This document shows, in pieces, positions 37,673 to 49,998 of a DNA stretch of 64,000 nt. Each line of letters begins with the position of its first letter. The stretch's first letter is position 1. The notes under the pieces are model-generated. The model made no database searches and had not been told where the DNA came from. It saw only the letters and a list, made by a program, of their open reading frames with translations. The DNA is from Octopus vulgaris (Eukaryota), in contig OX597821.1 in NCBI GenBank assembly GCA_951406725.2, positions 93,062,001 to 93,126,000 on the forward strand. Reading direction: 5' to 3'. Position numbers and translations under genes: made by a program.

Positions 37673-39030
37673 CCTTTCTCTCGCTCCTCACTCTCTCCTT
37701 ACTCTTCTTTCTTTCTCCTTCTTTCTCGTTTGAAAATATGGCACGGTATCTCCTATTCCTAGGAAAAGTAACCTCTCTGACTCTGTCAACTATCGAGTTT
37801 CATAAAACCAGATCTCATGGATAACAGCTGCCCTGTCATTCACCAACGAACCCTTACTCTCGAAAAATTTGACCGAAAGAATTTTGTTGCACTACACGTC
37901 GCGAAACTATTTGACGATATTTTGCAGGAAAATCTTTTAGTAAAGCCATCTACTGGTTCTAGCGGTCTTCAATCTCTTGGATTGAAGGCTTTCTGCCAGA
38001 TCTTACCAGCACAACATGTGATGACGTTTATCCATCTAACACTCACTCACATCATCATCATTGTTCGACCGTGGTCGAGACAATGGAATTTACCATGCTA
38101 CGCCAGACTTCACGGTCCATCATGGCATTACAGAGGTCCTGTTGCTGGATGCCTGTATCCCTGGAGATTACATCAGGGTAGGAGACTGTGCGCCCGCTGG
38201 TATTGCTTCCAGAGGAGAAGAGTAGAAATTACCTCTTTTTCAGCTCTACAACAATGTCCAGCAAACTGGACTCTCTTACCTTTCACAAGAGATGACACAG
38301 GTGGTAGTTTCCCATATATTTTCATTTTGGTTGGATGGCGCTTCCACGAGAGATTTTGAGCTCTCATAAGGAGGCGAGTGTAAGTTCCATCCAACCGCCT
38401 CTCAAGCTTCTTTGATAACGTCCAGGTTTCTGAGCCATATAGTAGAATTGGTTCGACTGTGGCTTTGAAGATTTCAAGTTTGAAGTCTCTACTTAGATTT
38501 GATGACCAGATCTTATGCATGTCATTACAGGCTGACCAGACCATACCCTTTCTCACTCACTCACACAACTCTGTTGTTTCCCAGTAGTCAGCGATATCTT
38601 CTACACTCTTTTCCCTGTATTCTAACAACTTAAAAGTAGTTATATCTTGAGTAACAATTAGATAAGTTACCAACGAAACAAAAACGGTTCTCTGCAAATC
38701 AGTACATAACCTAGACTTAGTAGAGAATAGGGTTAATAAATCTACTAAAGATCTTGACTTTAGTTACAACTCAGTACAAACAAGTAAACCAATAAACACA
38801 TAAATTCAACTACTACTGAAACAATCATATACAGGCCATGAATTAGTGAACTGACACATGCTAATCCACCACTAATGAAACTACACACAGCAATCATTTC
38901 CATTATAGAGTATACTGGTAGTAAGTTTGTGAAATACTTTACGCGGATATAACAATCTCTAAGAGGCATTACTTTTTCTATATCAGACACCAAAATCTTT
39001 CACTTTTGAGAGATTAAGCGGAATCAATGT
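36130..39030 (+). pseudogene. Heavily decayed L2/Jockey-like LINE, interrupted by (CT)n and an RTE insertion
   Basis: Collinear motif relics: KFWSLAKNI (~36765), SDSVNYR (~37775, cf. DPSNYRP), KPSTG (~37943, cf. RSTG), ISSTLFSLYSNN (~38595, cf. LSPTLF.LFIND). Confidence 0.5.
38052..38553 (-). mobile_element. 5'-truncated RTE-clade LINE
   Basis: IFKATVEPILLYGSETWTL..RLDGTYTRLL..QFAGHC..MMDREVWR; (GAT)n tail; 12-bp TSD CACTCACTCACA at 38040-38051 and 38554-38565. Confidence 0.92.
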
Positions 39031-39584
39031 TTTCTTATTGACATAAACAAAAATGATCAAATGTGTATATTATGTTGAACATCCTGTCACGGCAGTCCAC
39101 CAGAGTGAGGGAAGCTCTGGGTAAATAACCGACCTGCAGAAAGTAACACTGAATGAAATATCCCTTACATAACAAACTAGTATGTTCAGTTTGAGCACTG
39201 GGGTCGATGTAATCGATGAGCCGCCTCTCCCAAAACCTTTCAGGCGTTGTGCCGATAGCACAAAAAATTATTACTATTGTCACACACACACACTCGCACA
39301 CACATACACACTTACACATACATATACACATATATATATTGTATAAACTAAACTGGATGTGTTGTTTAGAATGCATTAGACTGCAGTGAACCTCCTGAAA
39401 AATAAATCTCGTGTAGATGATAAATACCAAGAAAAGCACAGGCGATGCAATTTACTGTCGAAATCACGTAATACAGAAGTGCCATGCGCAGCCGCTGGTG
39501 AAAATTTCATCAGCTGATATAGTACACACACACACACACACATATGATGAATGATCGGAAACACGAAAAAACACAAGAGGAGGA

Positions 39585-39810
39585 GTTTTGCCGAGACGTT
39601 AGCACGCCGGGCGAAATGCTTAGCGGTATTTCGTCTGCCGTTACGTTGTGAATTCAAATTCAGCCGAGGTCGACTTTGCTTTTCATCCTTTCGGGGTTGA
39701 TAAATTAAGTACCAGTTACGCACTGGGGTCGATGTAATCGACTTAATACCCATGTCTGTCCTTGTTTGTCCCCTCTGTGTTTAGCCCCTTGTGGGTAATA
39801 AATAAATAGG
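39585..39810 (+). mobile_element. SINE family C monomer
   Basis: Match to 30797-31030. Confidence 0.88.
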
Positions 39811-41022
39811 TGTTATTGTCCCACTTGTTGTTTTCCTCTTTTTTTTTATTATCATTTATCATATACAATTCTAATACCGGTAGATATTAGATAATAGGTT
39901 TGACAGAACTGTAAGGCAGTAAGTTGGTAGAATTGTACTTGGTCGCTTTGCTCTGAGCTCTATTTCTCCCAATCCTGCTAAGACCAAATTTGCTTGTCAT
40001 CTTTTCGTGGTGAGGGTAGGCAATAAAATAAACTACAAGTGTTTTGAGGGGTGTGAAACCCACCCTTAGCCACTATTGATCCCATGTCCACTCTGATCCG
40101 GAGTGGTAGCGTCTTTAAGGGTCCCAAATATAGTTTAATTAGCATACCACAGAATTTCTTCCAGAACACTCGCAAACCCCAACAGACTCAGGACAGATGA
40201 AGCCTTCCGCCCCATAGCTGCTCATCTAAGAGAAGGTAACTACGTAGAGTCCTGCATTCTGATAACTACTGCTCGCATGGTTTTAAGGACTAGGGAGTGG
40301 GACTGGTTCTGTACAAACTATGTCCACTATAACGATAAACCACTGATCTCTTGTGGAGTAATTAATTTAGAGTTTACAAAATGTATTGGGAGTGAGACCC
40401 CAGAGTAAATCCGGTGGGAGGAACCCTAAGGCAGATATGTACAAATTCATCTTTATTTAGTGATATATACATGAGGGGAGAGGTTGTAAGTATACTTGAG
40501 GATGGGCATTTGCTCCCGGAAGCAGCCCAGGCACAGCAGAGATGAGTAATACCGATGAACAATAAAAGAAAAAATGGGACAACCAAACCACTGGGGTCAA
40601 TCCAATTGACTTAACCCTTTAAAATTTCAGGCAATGCGTCGATTTTAGAAATAATTACTAACACCATTTTACTTTCACTTTCGTGCATGCAACTTTATTG
40701 AAATCCCTTCTTAACCAGAACTGATGTTTTACTGTGCATGCATCAATAAGAGAATCTCAACCTTAAACAGCAACATCAACTTTATCATCCATTGATAAGG
40801 ACTTAAAAAGTGTGAACCTAGGCCCATCCTTCTAGTTTAAATAATTTTTTTTTTTTTTTTTTATAAATGTTAATTTCTTAAAAGTGTTTTATAAATTGAT
40901 AAATCATCTTCTGCTCCCTGACATCTTCTCCTGCTTATTTTCTGCTTAACTGACATATCATTATTATTACTATTATTATTGTAGCTCTTGTTGTTGTTTT
41001 TGTTATTATCGTTGTTGTTGTT

Positions 41023-41072
<50 letters not shown>

Positions 41073-41604
41073 TACTACTGTTATTGTCTCGCAGATAATG
41101 GAGTGTCTTGTTCAGCAGGCATAATTAAAAACCATTAGACTTTTCAGTTATCATTATGATTTATTCTTGTCAGATGGAGCCAAACAAACAACGGACCGAC
41201 CACCAACGAAAGATAAACTTAAAATAAATAAGTATTAAAAAAAATAATAATAATAATAATAACATAAAATGAAAGAAGAATAAAATGGAAGAAATTAAAT
41301 GTGATGAAATATTAAAATTAACAAGAAACAAATTAGTACAATATTTGACAATTTCAATGACAACTCAGATTGCAATCTCAGGAACATAAACAACTGAATG
41401 GGATGATAGCTGATGAGGGATGGTGGAGTTTTTAGTATTGGAGATAATGACAACGACAACGATAATGATGAGAAGGAGGAGGAAGAGGAGGAGGATGACG
41501 TGGGAAAATGGGGGTGTGTGGGTGTGGATGGTAGCTAGAAGGTGGACGACAATAATCGTCTTTAGAAGGATGGCGGTGAATGTGGTGTCAGCCATGAGGA
41601 GGAC

Positions 41605-41611
41605 TATGGTG

Positions 41612-41643
<32 letters not shown>

Positions 41644-41890
41644 GGTGATGATGATGACGGTGGTGGTGGTGGTGGTGGTGGTGGTGGTGTCGACGACGAC
41701 GACGACGATGATGATAATGATGATGATGTGGATTATGATGATGATGAGGATGATGATGATGATGATGGTGGTGGCGACAATTCCATCGATGATGAGGATT
41801 GCGATATGGTATTTGTACGTAAGAAATCAATATGACGACGATAAGGAGGAGGAGAAGGAGGGGGAGGTGGGGGAGGAGGAGGAGGAGGAG
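41605..41890. repeat. (GAT)n/(GGT)n/(GAG)n low-complexity tract
   Basis: Direct inspection. Confidence 0.93.
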
Positions 41891-41966
41891 AACGAGGAGG
41901 GATTATGTATCCCGCATTAACGATTTTCAAGGACCATGATGACCATATATATATATATATACATAC

Positions 41967-42023
<57 letters not shown>

Positions 42024-42827
42024 AGCTGAATTTGATTATGATGGTGACGGATGATGATGCGAATAGTGGTAGCACTGATGAAAACGATATGATGGTAGAG
42101 AGAGCTGGTCACCATTCTGACGAAATGAAATGTTATTTATTGCTCACCTAGTTATGTTTTCGAATGTGTTCATCTGATTTTTATACGTTTATCTCATTTC
42201 TTTCTTTAATGCTATCGGTTGTCTTGTTTCTTCCCTGCATTTATTTCTTTTTCCTGTTGTTTTTTCTTGTGTGTGCTGCTTGAGGACGAAGATGGAGAAT
42301 TATCGTTATTTAGTAAAATACGTTTTGTGAAGTGTAAGGCTGTCAACATGTTGCTATTTCATTTTGCTTTATTTTGTTTGTTTTTGTAATTATTTACAGA
42401 GGAGAGATAATGGAAAAACAGGGCAAAATATTTATATCGCATGTAAAATGTTCACATTATAGAAGATATTTACAGTGGATAAAAAATAGATTAACTGGGC
42501 AACAGCATCAGCATCATCATCACCACCACCACCACCACCACCACCACCTCAACCGTTCTCATCATAACGCTTTAAACTTATACGTTTCCATGCTTTCATG
42601 GCTCAGACGAGATTTGTAAATCTAGATTTTTTTTTCTCTACAGCCCTGATGCTTTTCCTATTGCCAACTTTTGCTTGTTATTGAGTAGGGTAATATTCCC
42701 CACCCCAACGAGTCTCTCAAACAACGAAGACATCTGAACATATTTTGTAGCGGATTGTGAGCGAACGATACTGTATGAATGGTGACATTTTGATTCCAAT
42801 CAACGTGTATATGTCGAAACAATGGGA

Positions 42828-43124
<297 letters not shown>

Positions 43125-43154
43125 GAAAGTTGGTTTGTGAAAGCACGTGGTTGA

Positions 43155-43366
43155 ATATATAGAAAATAGTAAGAAGTGAAAAAACTACAGAAGGCTTGTT
43201 TTAAAAGGTTAAAGAATATATATTTAAGTCAATATGTCTGAAGAATATTATAAATTTTTTTCTTACAAGAAAAAAATTTATGATATTCTTCAGACATATT
43301 GACTTAAATATATATTCTTTAACCTTTTAAAACAAGCCTTCTGTAGTTTTTTCACTTTTTACTATT

Positions 43367-43376
<10 letters not shown>
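43155..43376. repeat. Near-perfect ~220-bp palindrome
   Basis: ~110-bp arms centred on TCTT-AC-AAGA (43261-43270), two mismatches seen. Confidence 0.95.
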
Positions 43377-43413
<37 letters not shown>

Positions 43414-43494
43414 CATATATATATATACATATATATATAAGCAATAATAAATCTCTGAACGAGGTATGGACAGTAACTGCACGACAATGTGATG

Positions 43495-43644
43495 TATATT
43501 TGCCATCTCAATATGGCTAACCTCTAAGGGTGGATGTTACTGTAGCTTGTATCCCCAGGAGAGCCAGCCAGCTGGAGGAGATGTTCTCCTGGGGCTACAA
43601 GCTACAGTAACATCCACCCTTAGTGGTTAGCCGTATTGAGATGG

Positions 43645-43652
<8 letters not shown>
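43495..43652. repeat. ~160-bp hairpin (MITE-like, or two head-to-head copies of a short repeat)
   Basis: Arms 43495-43562 and 43585-43652; TA at both ends; single arm also at 9399. Confidence 0.85.
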
Positions 43653-43688
<36 letters not shown>

Positions 43689-43756
43689 CATACATACATA
43701 CATACATACATACATACATACATACATACATACACACATACATACACACATACATA

Positions 43757-44592
43757 CAGGGTGTCCCAGAAGTCATTGATGCGTTTTAATTTTTAATAAC
43801 TTACTTAACTTTAAAAATAAATACATGTAAGTTTAATACAATATAAAGAACAGACATAACGGAAACTAATATGCACAAATCAAATTTTACAATACTATTA
43901 CTACATCATATATGAAAAATGACATCGCTTAAATGGCAGCCATTTTCGGCTTTGCACGCCCGTGCTTTTTACAAAACTTGCACTATAACACCCTCAAGAG
44001 TTTCAGACCCTACTTCTCTGATTTTTCTATTGATGTTCTCCTTCAGTTGCACCAGGGTCTCCGGTTTGTTGACGTAAACTCTCTCTTTCAGATATCTCCA
44101 CAAGAAAAAATCCGGGCTAGTCACGTCTGAGGAACGTGAGGGCCATTCAAAGTAGACCTCACACATGGTTCCTGCAAGATGGGACAACTGCCCAAATGGC
44201 AAGAGAAACAATGTAGTTACAACAGAAGTGCTTTGGAGAGAGAATAATCTCCCGCTACGGCAATATCAACTGGCCTGCACGTTTCCCAGACTTGACTAGC
44301 ACGGATTTCTCCTTGTGGGGATGCAAACCGGAGACCCTGGTGCAACTGAAGGAGAACGTCAATAGAGAAATCAGAGAAAAAGGGTCTGAAACTCTCGAGG
44401 GTGTTATATTGCAAATTTCGGAAAAAGCATGGGTGTGCGAAGCTGAAAATGGCTGCCATTTAAGCGATATCATTTTTCATATATGACGTAGTGGTGTTGC
44501 AACATTTGACTTGTGCATATTAATTTCCATTATGTCATTTATATTGTATCAAAATTTCATGCATTTATTTGTGAAGTTAAGGACGTTATTAA
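43757..44592. mobile_element. Tc1/mariner (maT/rosa-like) foldback derivative: two inverted transposase 3' halves
   Basis: TA|CAGGGTGTCCC terminus; minus arm WPSRSSDVTSPDFFLWRYLKERVYVNKP..NGCHLSDVIF; plus arm WPARFPDLTSTDFSLWG..NGCHLSDIIF. Confidence 0.85.
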
Positions 44593-44962
44593 GAGATATT
44601 TTGATGTATTTTTTAGTAGACTAAAGCCTATATTACTTTGGACCAGATGCCAAGTATGAGTACCCATTTCTTTGAGAAAGTTAGCTACTGGTAATATACT
44701 AGTATTCTTACCAGTCGAATATTTATCTCAAATGCTTATCACCAGTAAAAATTAAATTCATGACTAATTCTAGGGACAGCGAAAATTATCCTATGTTTTT
44801 TAGTCATTAATTAATTCGTGAAACCAGCTGAGATAATAGTCTTTATAGAAAACTTATCTCAGCAAAATGTGCAGGTAAAGGGATTTCTGTGTGATCACTA
44901 CACCTGCTAAATTCGATTAAGAAAACTCAGTTCAGTATATGAAGTCCTAAAGAACTTGGTAC

Positions 44963-45384
44963 AGGCGCAGGAGTGGCTGTGTGGTAAGTAGCTTGCTAAC
45001 CAACCACATGGTTCCGGGTTCAGTCCACTGCGTGGCATCTTGGGCAAGTGTCTTCTGCTATAGCCCCGGGGCGACCAATGCCTTGTGAGTGGATTTGGTA
45101 GACGGAAACTGAAAGAAGCCTGTCGTATATATGTGTATATGTATATATATATGTGTGTGTGTATGTGTTTGTGTGTCTGTGTTTGTCCCCCTAGCATTGC
45201 TTGACAACCGATGCTGGTGTGTTTACGTCCCCGTCACTTAGCGGTTCGGCAAAAGAGACCGATAGAATAAGTACTGGGCTTACAAAGAATAAGTCCCGGG
45301 GTCGATTTGCTCGACTAAAGGCGGTGCTCCAGCATGGCCACAGTCAAATGACTGAAACAAGTAAAAGAGTAAAGAGTAAAGAGT
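44963..45384 (+). mobile_element. SINE family B, young full-length copy
   Basis: Head AGGCGCAGGAGTGGCTGTGTGGTAAG..GGTTCAGTCC; tail (AAAGAGT)n; very similar to 54211-54684. Confidence 0.92.
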
Positions 45385-45389
45385 GTTTC

Positions 45390-46160
45390 TTTTTTTTACT
45401 TTTAGCCGTCTTACGAGCTTCTGATTCGCTGTTGAATTTAGCTGCCACGGTCACATGTTGTTTTCCTCTGATTGTGTACACTACGAAAGGCCACATCTCT
45501 TTCAGACATATCTCACTTCCGGTGAGGGATGGGTATTGTGGCTTCCTTCCTGTGCAATTGATGCACTCAGGGATAACGACATCGGTTTCAGATATTTCTC
45601 TCAACTTCGTCAGCTTTTTATTCAAGTGAATGTGATATCTACCAGTCTGTGACAACGAAGAATTTTTTTTAAATTTCTTTTTATGAATTGATTGTAACTA
45701 TCGTTGATATCGTTGTTTATGCTGTTACTGAGGTCCTTGTTGGTTTTGTTGCTGTTGTTGGCTTTATTTCTGTTGATTTTGTTGATATTCTTGATGGTAG
45801 CCACTGCTGTTGTGGTTGTTGCTGCTGTTATTTTCGACACAGTTGCTGCTGCTGCTGCTGTAAGAGCCATAGTTGTTGTTACAATTTCCGCTGTTTCATT
45901 TGCTGTTGCTATTACTAGCGTTACCATGGCTCATGTTGATGTCTGAGATTTATTTTAGTGATGTTAGTACGGTTACTGTGTCACATGGAATACTCGCTAG
46001 TTAGCTACTATTGCTGAGGTCATCCTCACATGAGGTAACAGGAGAGAAAAAGACATTCTCCAGCAATCAGTTCTCTTGTTTGAAAAATAAATATTTTATG
46101 AAAAGGCAGCGATCGTTCCGAGATTGAAACGAGAAGATACTTTTTATAGGAAAATTAAAT
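45390..46160 (-). pseudogene. Possible decayed ORF1-like remnant, similar layout to 5340-7400
   Basis: SCYL relic (~46035), then an Ala/Thr/Asn-rich frame and a ~100-codon non-repetitive frame; weak. Confidence 0.3.
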
Positions 46161-46270
46161 ATAGCCATTAAACAATGACTTCAATTTCAGTGATGGAAAC
46201 GTAAAAGAAAGCAAATATTTTTCTAAATCTCACCAAAGATGCTTCAGCGTAGATTCCACGTGTAGCACCA

Positions 46271-46309
<39 letters not shown>

Positions 46310-46310
<1 letters not shown>

Positions 46311-46692
46311 AGGAAAAAATGCTTTCTAATTGATGTATCAATACCGGCAGATGACAACGTGTCTCTAAAAGAAATGGAGAAACTTTCAAAATACAAAGAC
46401 CTGGAAATGGGGGTAACCAGAATGTGGAATCTAAAAACAGAAACAATTCCTATCATAGTAGGTGCATTAGGCATGATAAAAAAATATTCAGACAAATACA
46501 TAACAAAAACACCAGGACTTACAAACACATATAACATACAGAAAATTGCACTACTAGGCACTGCACACATCCTACGCAGAACACTTTCCATACAATAACC
46601 ATCAGAGCATCACAACAAATCACAGCACATACCCAAGGCACACAGAGCTGCGCTCGGTAGTGAAGTGAAAGCACGCTATAAAAATAAAACTA

Positions 46693-46697
<5 letters not shown>
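46310..46697 (+). mobile_element. 5'-truncated Dong/R4-like retrotransposon (restriction-like endonuclease C-terminus plus 3' UTR) in (TAA)n
   Basis: LIDVSIPADDNVSLKEMEKLSKYKDL..MWNLKTETIPIIVGALG..IQKIALLGTAHILRRTL is uninterrupted; TAA repeats on both sides. Confidence 0.9.
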
Positions 46698-46774
<77 letters not shown>

Positions 46775-46879
46775 GACTCTCCCGTGGAAGACGACGTATG
46801 GACGTTCAACTTTTGCCGAATGAGCTGCACAAATGATTTGTATATAGTAATCAAATGTTCGTGTCATGTCAAGTATAGA

Positions 46880-47515
46880 TGTGATTGCAGAGAAACATGA
46901 AGTGTTTTGCTCAAGAATACAACGAACTCATCCAGTCTAGGAATTGAAACCACGATCTCGCAATCGTGAGTTTAATACCTAATCACAATCACAATCACAA
47001 AGCCTGACATAGTGGAGATGGGTGCAACTCGACTACATTAACACCAGTGGTCGACTGATGCTTATTTCATCGACCCCGAAAGGGATAGAAGCCAAAGTCG
47101 ACTTCGGTGGGATTTGAACTCAGCACGTAAAGCCGAACGAAATACCGTTAAGAATTCTGTCCAGCTTCTTAACGATTCTGCCAGGACACCACTTTTGAAA
47201 GGTTTCGAATTTCGGCGCAGTGCCAGCACATTTTTAGGGGAGAAGAAAGTCGATTACATTGAAGCCAATCGACTCCGACTGGGTGAAGGATAAAGTCGAC
47301 CTCGGAGAAACATGAACCAAGGATGTAAAAGCGGAGGAAATGCCGCCAGGCATTTTGTCCGGCGTGCTAACGTTTCTGCCAGCTAATGATAATAATTGTT
47401 TCAAATTGAGGTAAGCAATTTGAGGAAAGGATTTTAGTCGATACCATTGGCCCCCAAAGGCAAATTTGACCTCAGTAGGAATTCATTCCAGAACGTAGTG
47501 TGCCGGAAATAGCGT
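46880..47515 (-). mobile_element. Cluster of old SINE fragments (CORE-like head, family C copies)
   Basis: Diverged GTCGAC.TCGG.GG.ATTTGAACTCAG blocks. Confidence 0.7.
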
Positions 47516-47569
47516 AAGTTAGTTTTTTTCTTTATGCCGATGATGGTGGTAATAATAATAATAATAATA

Positions 47570-47607
<38 letters not shown>

Positions 47608-47608
<1 letters not shown>

Positions 47609-48162
47609 GCCCTGATGCAGTACCAGGCAGTGGCTCTCATGGCTTCTGATCTTAACTGATTGGAAGTGTTATCATGTACATTGTTTTGTCTTGGTATAAA
47701 AGATGGGCTACAGCAAATATTCTGCTCAATACCACAGATTTGCTTGTCAGTTGTTTGACCTTAACCAGTTGAGCATGTCCCTTAGTGGCTGACGATATGT
47801 GCATCTCTGATCACGAGCAGAAGTAGTGGGGGAGCATCATAGCCATGTGTTGAGAGGGATTCTTTGGGGTTTGAATAGTTCACCTCTGGAAACATGGGTG
47901 GTTCTTTCAACATCCTTAAACAACCCTTATTCAGGGACCGTTTGAGCGGGATGGGCTACTCAACCTGAAGAAAATTCTAACTGGGCCCCACCTGCAAGGT
48001 CATGTGCTGTTTATCTTGATATGAGATCACCATGTCGCGCACATATGGTTGTGATGCATGTGCCTGGTGTACCTTTATCAGACGGGTAGTCATGATGGGT
48101 ATACTGGGCTTCGTATATTTTACCCCAGTGTCACTTTGATGGCATGAACTGCTCTCTCACTC
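47608..48162 (+). mobile_element. Family D (TAA)n-embedded repeat
   Basis: TGCCCTGATGCAGTACC...GCTCTCTCACTC with TAA runs on both sides; three copies in the window. Confidence 0.88.
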
Positions 48163-48182
48163 AATAATAATAATAATAATAA

Positions 48183-48222
<40 letters not shown>

Positions 48223-48228
48223 TAATAA

Positions 48229-48259
<31 letters not shown>

Positions 48260-48716
48260 AAGAAGAAGAAGAAGAAGAAGAAGAAGAAGAAGAAAATAAC
48301 AATAACAAAGTAAAAAAATAATAAGGTATTAAAGTTGTAAGTAATATCGTGACAATATTGTGAAACAGCTCTCTCGCAGAACCTGCCATCGTGCCATCAA
48401 ATGGAACACTTATGCATAATATATAATTGGTTCTTTGACATCACTGACAAGAATACCATTATCTCTAGTCTGTCAGAGATCTCATACATCTGATTCCCAG
48501 GTGTTTGCTGATTTAAGCAATTGTAATGTCATGGTAAATGGGTTGACAGATCTGCGGCTTCGCATCATTCAAACTTGAAAAACAAAACCAGGTGTATTTT
48601 TTAAGTAAAGATAATTTTTTATCAAAATAAATCTTGCTATACATACGTACATAGGACACGTATATTACACACACACACACACAAACACACACATACACAC
48701 ACACATATATATATAT

Positions 48717-48753
<37 letters not shown>

Positions 48754-48808
48754 AGCTCACTCGTAGATATCGCACATGAATATGTGTATGAGTATACATT
48801 TGATTGTA

Positions 48809-48843
<35 letters not shown>

Positions 48844-49634
48844 ATCTATATATGTGTGGGTCTGTCTCTCTGGCTGTCTCCGTGTGTGTGTGTGAGTGAG
48901 AGAGTGTGTGCGTGTGTGTGTTTGTGCGGGGGCAGGGGGGGTCGAAATAGCAAGAGAAACAGATCGTAACGCATAAATATAAACCAGCAGAAAACTAGGT
49001 GATTAAAATCTTGAGCATGGCGCTTATGGTGTCTTTCAATTTTTGAGTCATTTTTGTAACTTATACTAGTTAAAAATTAAAGATGTGCTTGTCTATATAT
49101 GTATGTATGTATAACGTGGAGTAGATGAAACAAAGGCGACTGAAGAAGGGGAATTTACCTTGTTTTGTATGTCATGTACTCTATTTTTTCGTTGTTTAAG
49201 AAAAATGTCCATTTCCTTGGTTTTGTGTTTATGTTTTCGTTTCTCATTGTGTTCGACGTTTTTTTTGGTGTCCTTTACCCATATATGCATGTATATATAC
49301 ATGTAGAGGTAGGTACGTACATATATGTATATATGCATATATTTTATTTTATTATATATATATATAATTAAAATCACAATAAGGGTGAAAAAATTGAATA
49401 TTAATTAATAACATCAATTTAAAACACCAAGTGGTCTAGCGTAAAAAAACTGTGATACAGTAAAAATTATTAATACAAGCAATAAGAGAGGGGCCACATG
49501 TGGTCACTCTAACGCTAGAAATAGATCCGCAAAGGGAATCCACCACTAAAGAATTGTTCTAAAGCATTAATTCAACCCGCCAAGAAATGTAAGCGGGCAG
49601 GACAAATGAAAAATAACGAAAAAATAACAAATTT

Positions 49635-49998
49635 GTGGGGAGTGGGGTCAGTCAATTAGATCACTCCAGTACTTAGTTTATCGACCCCGAAAAGATGAAA
49701 GGCAAAGTCGACCTCGGCGGAATTTGAACTCAGAACGTTAAGCATTTCGCCCGGCGTGCTAACGTTTATTTCTTTATTGCCCACAAGGGGCTAAACATAG
49801 AGGGGACAAACAAGGACAGACAAAGGAACTAAGTCGATTACATCGACTCCAGTGCGTAACTGGTACTTAATTTATTGACCCCGAAACGATGAAAGGCAAA
49901 GTCGACCTCGGCGGAATTTGAACTCAGAACGTAAAGACAGACGAAATACTGCTAAGCATTCGCCCGGCATGCTAACGTTTCTGCCAGCTAGCCGCCTT
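49635..49998 (-). mobile_element. SINE family C, two nested or tandem units
   Basis: Reverse-complement match; the CTAACGTTT motif recurs at ~49760 and ~49972. Confidence 0.87.

Noticed and set aside
37817-38359. 180-aa plus-strand ORF
   Set aside because: Runs across a decayed LINE, a TSD and the antisense strand of the RTE fragment
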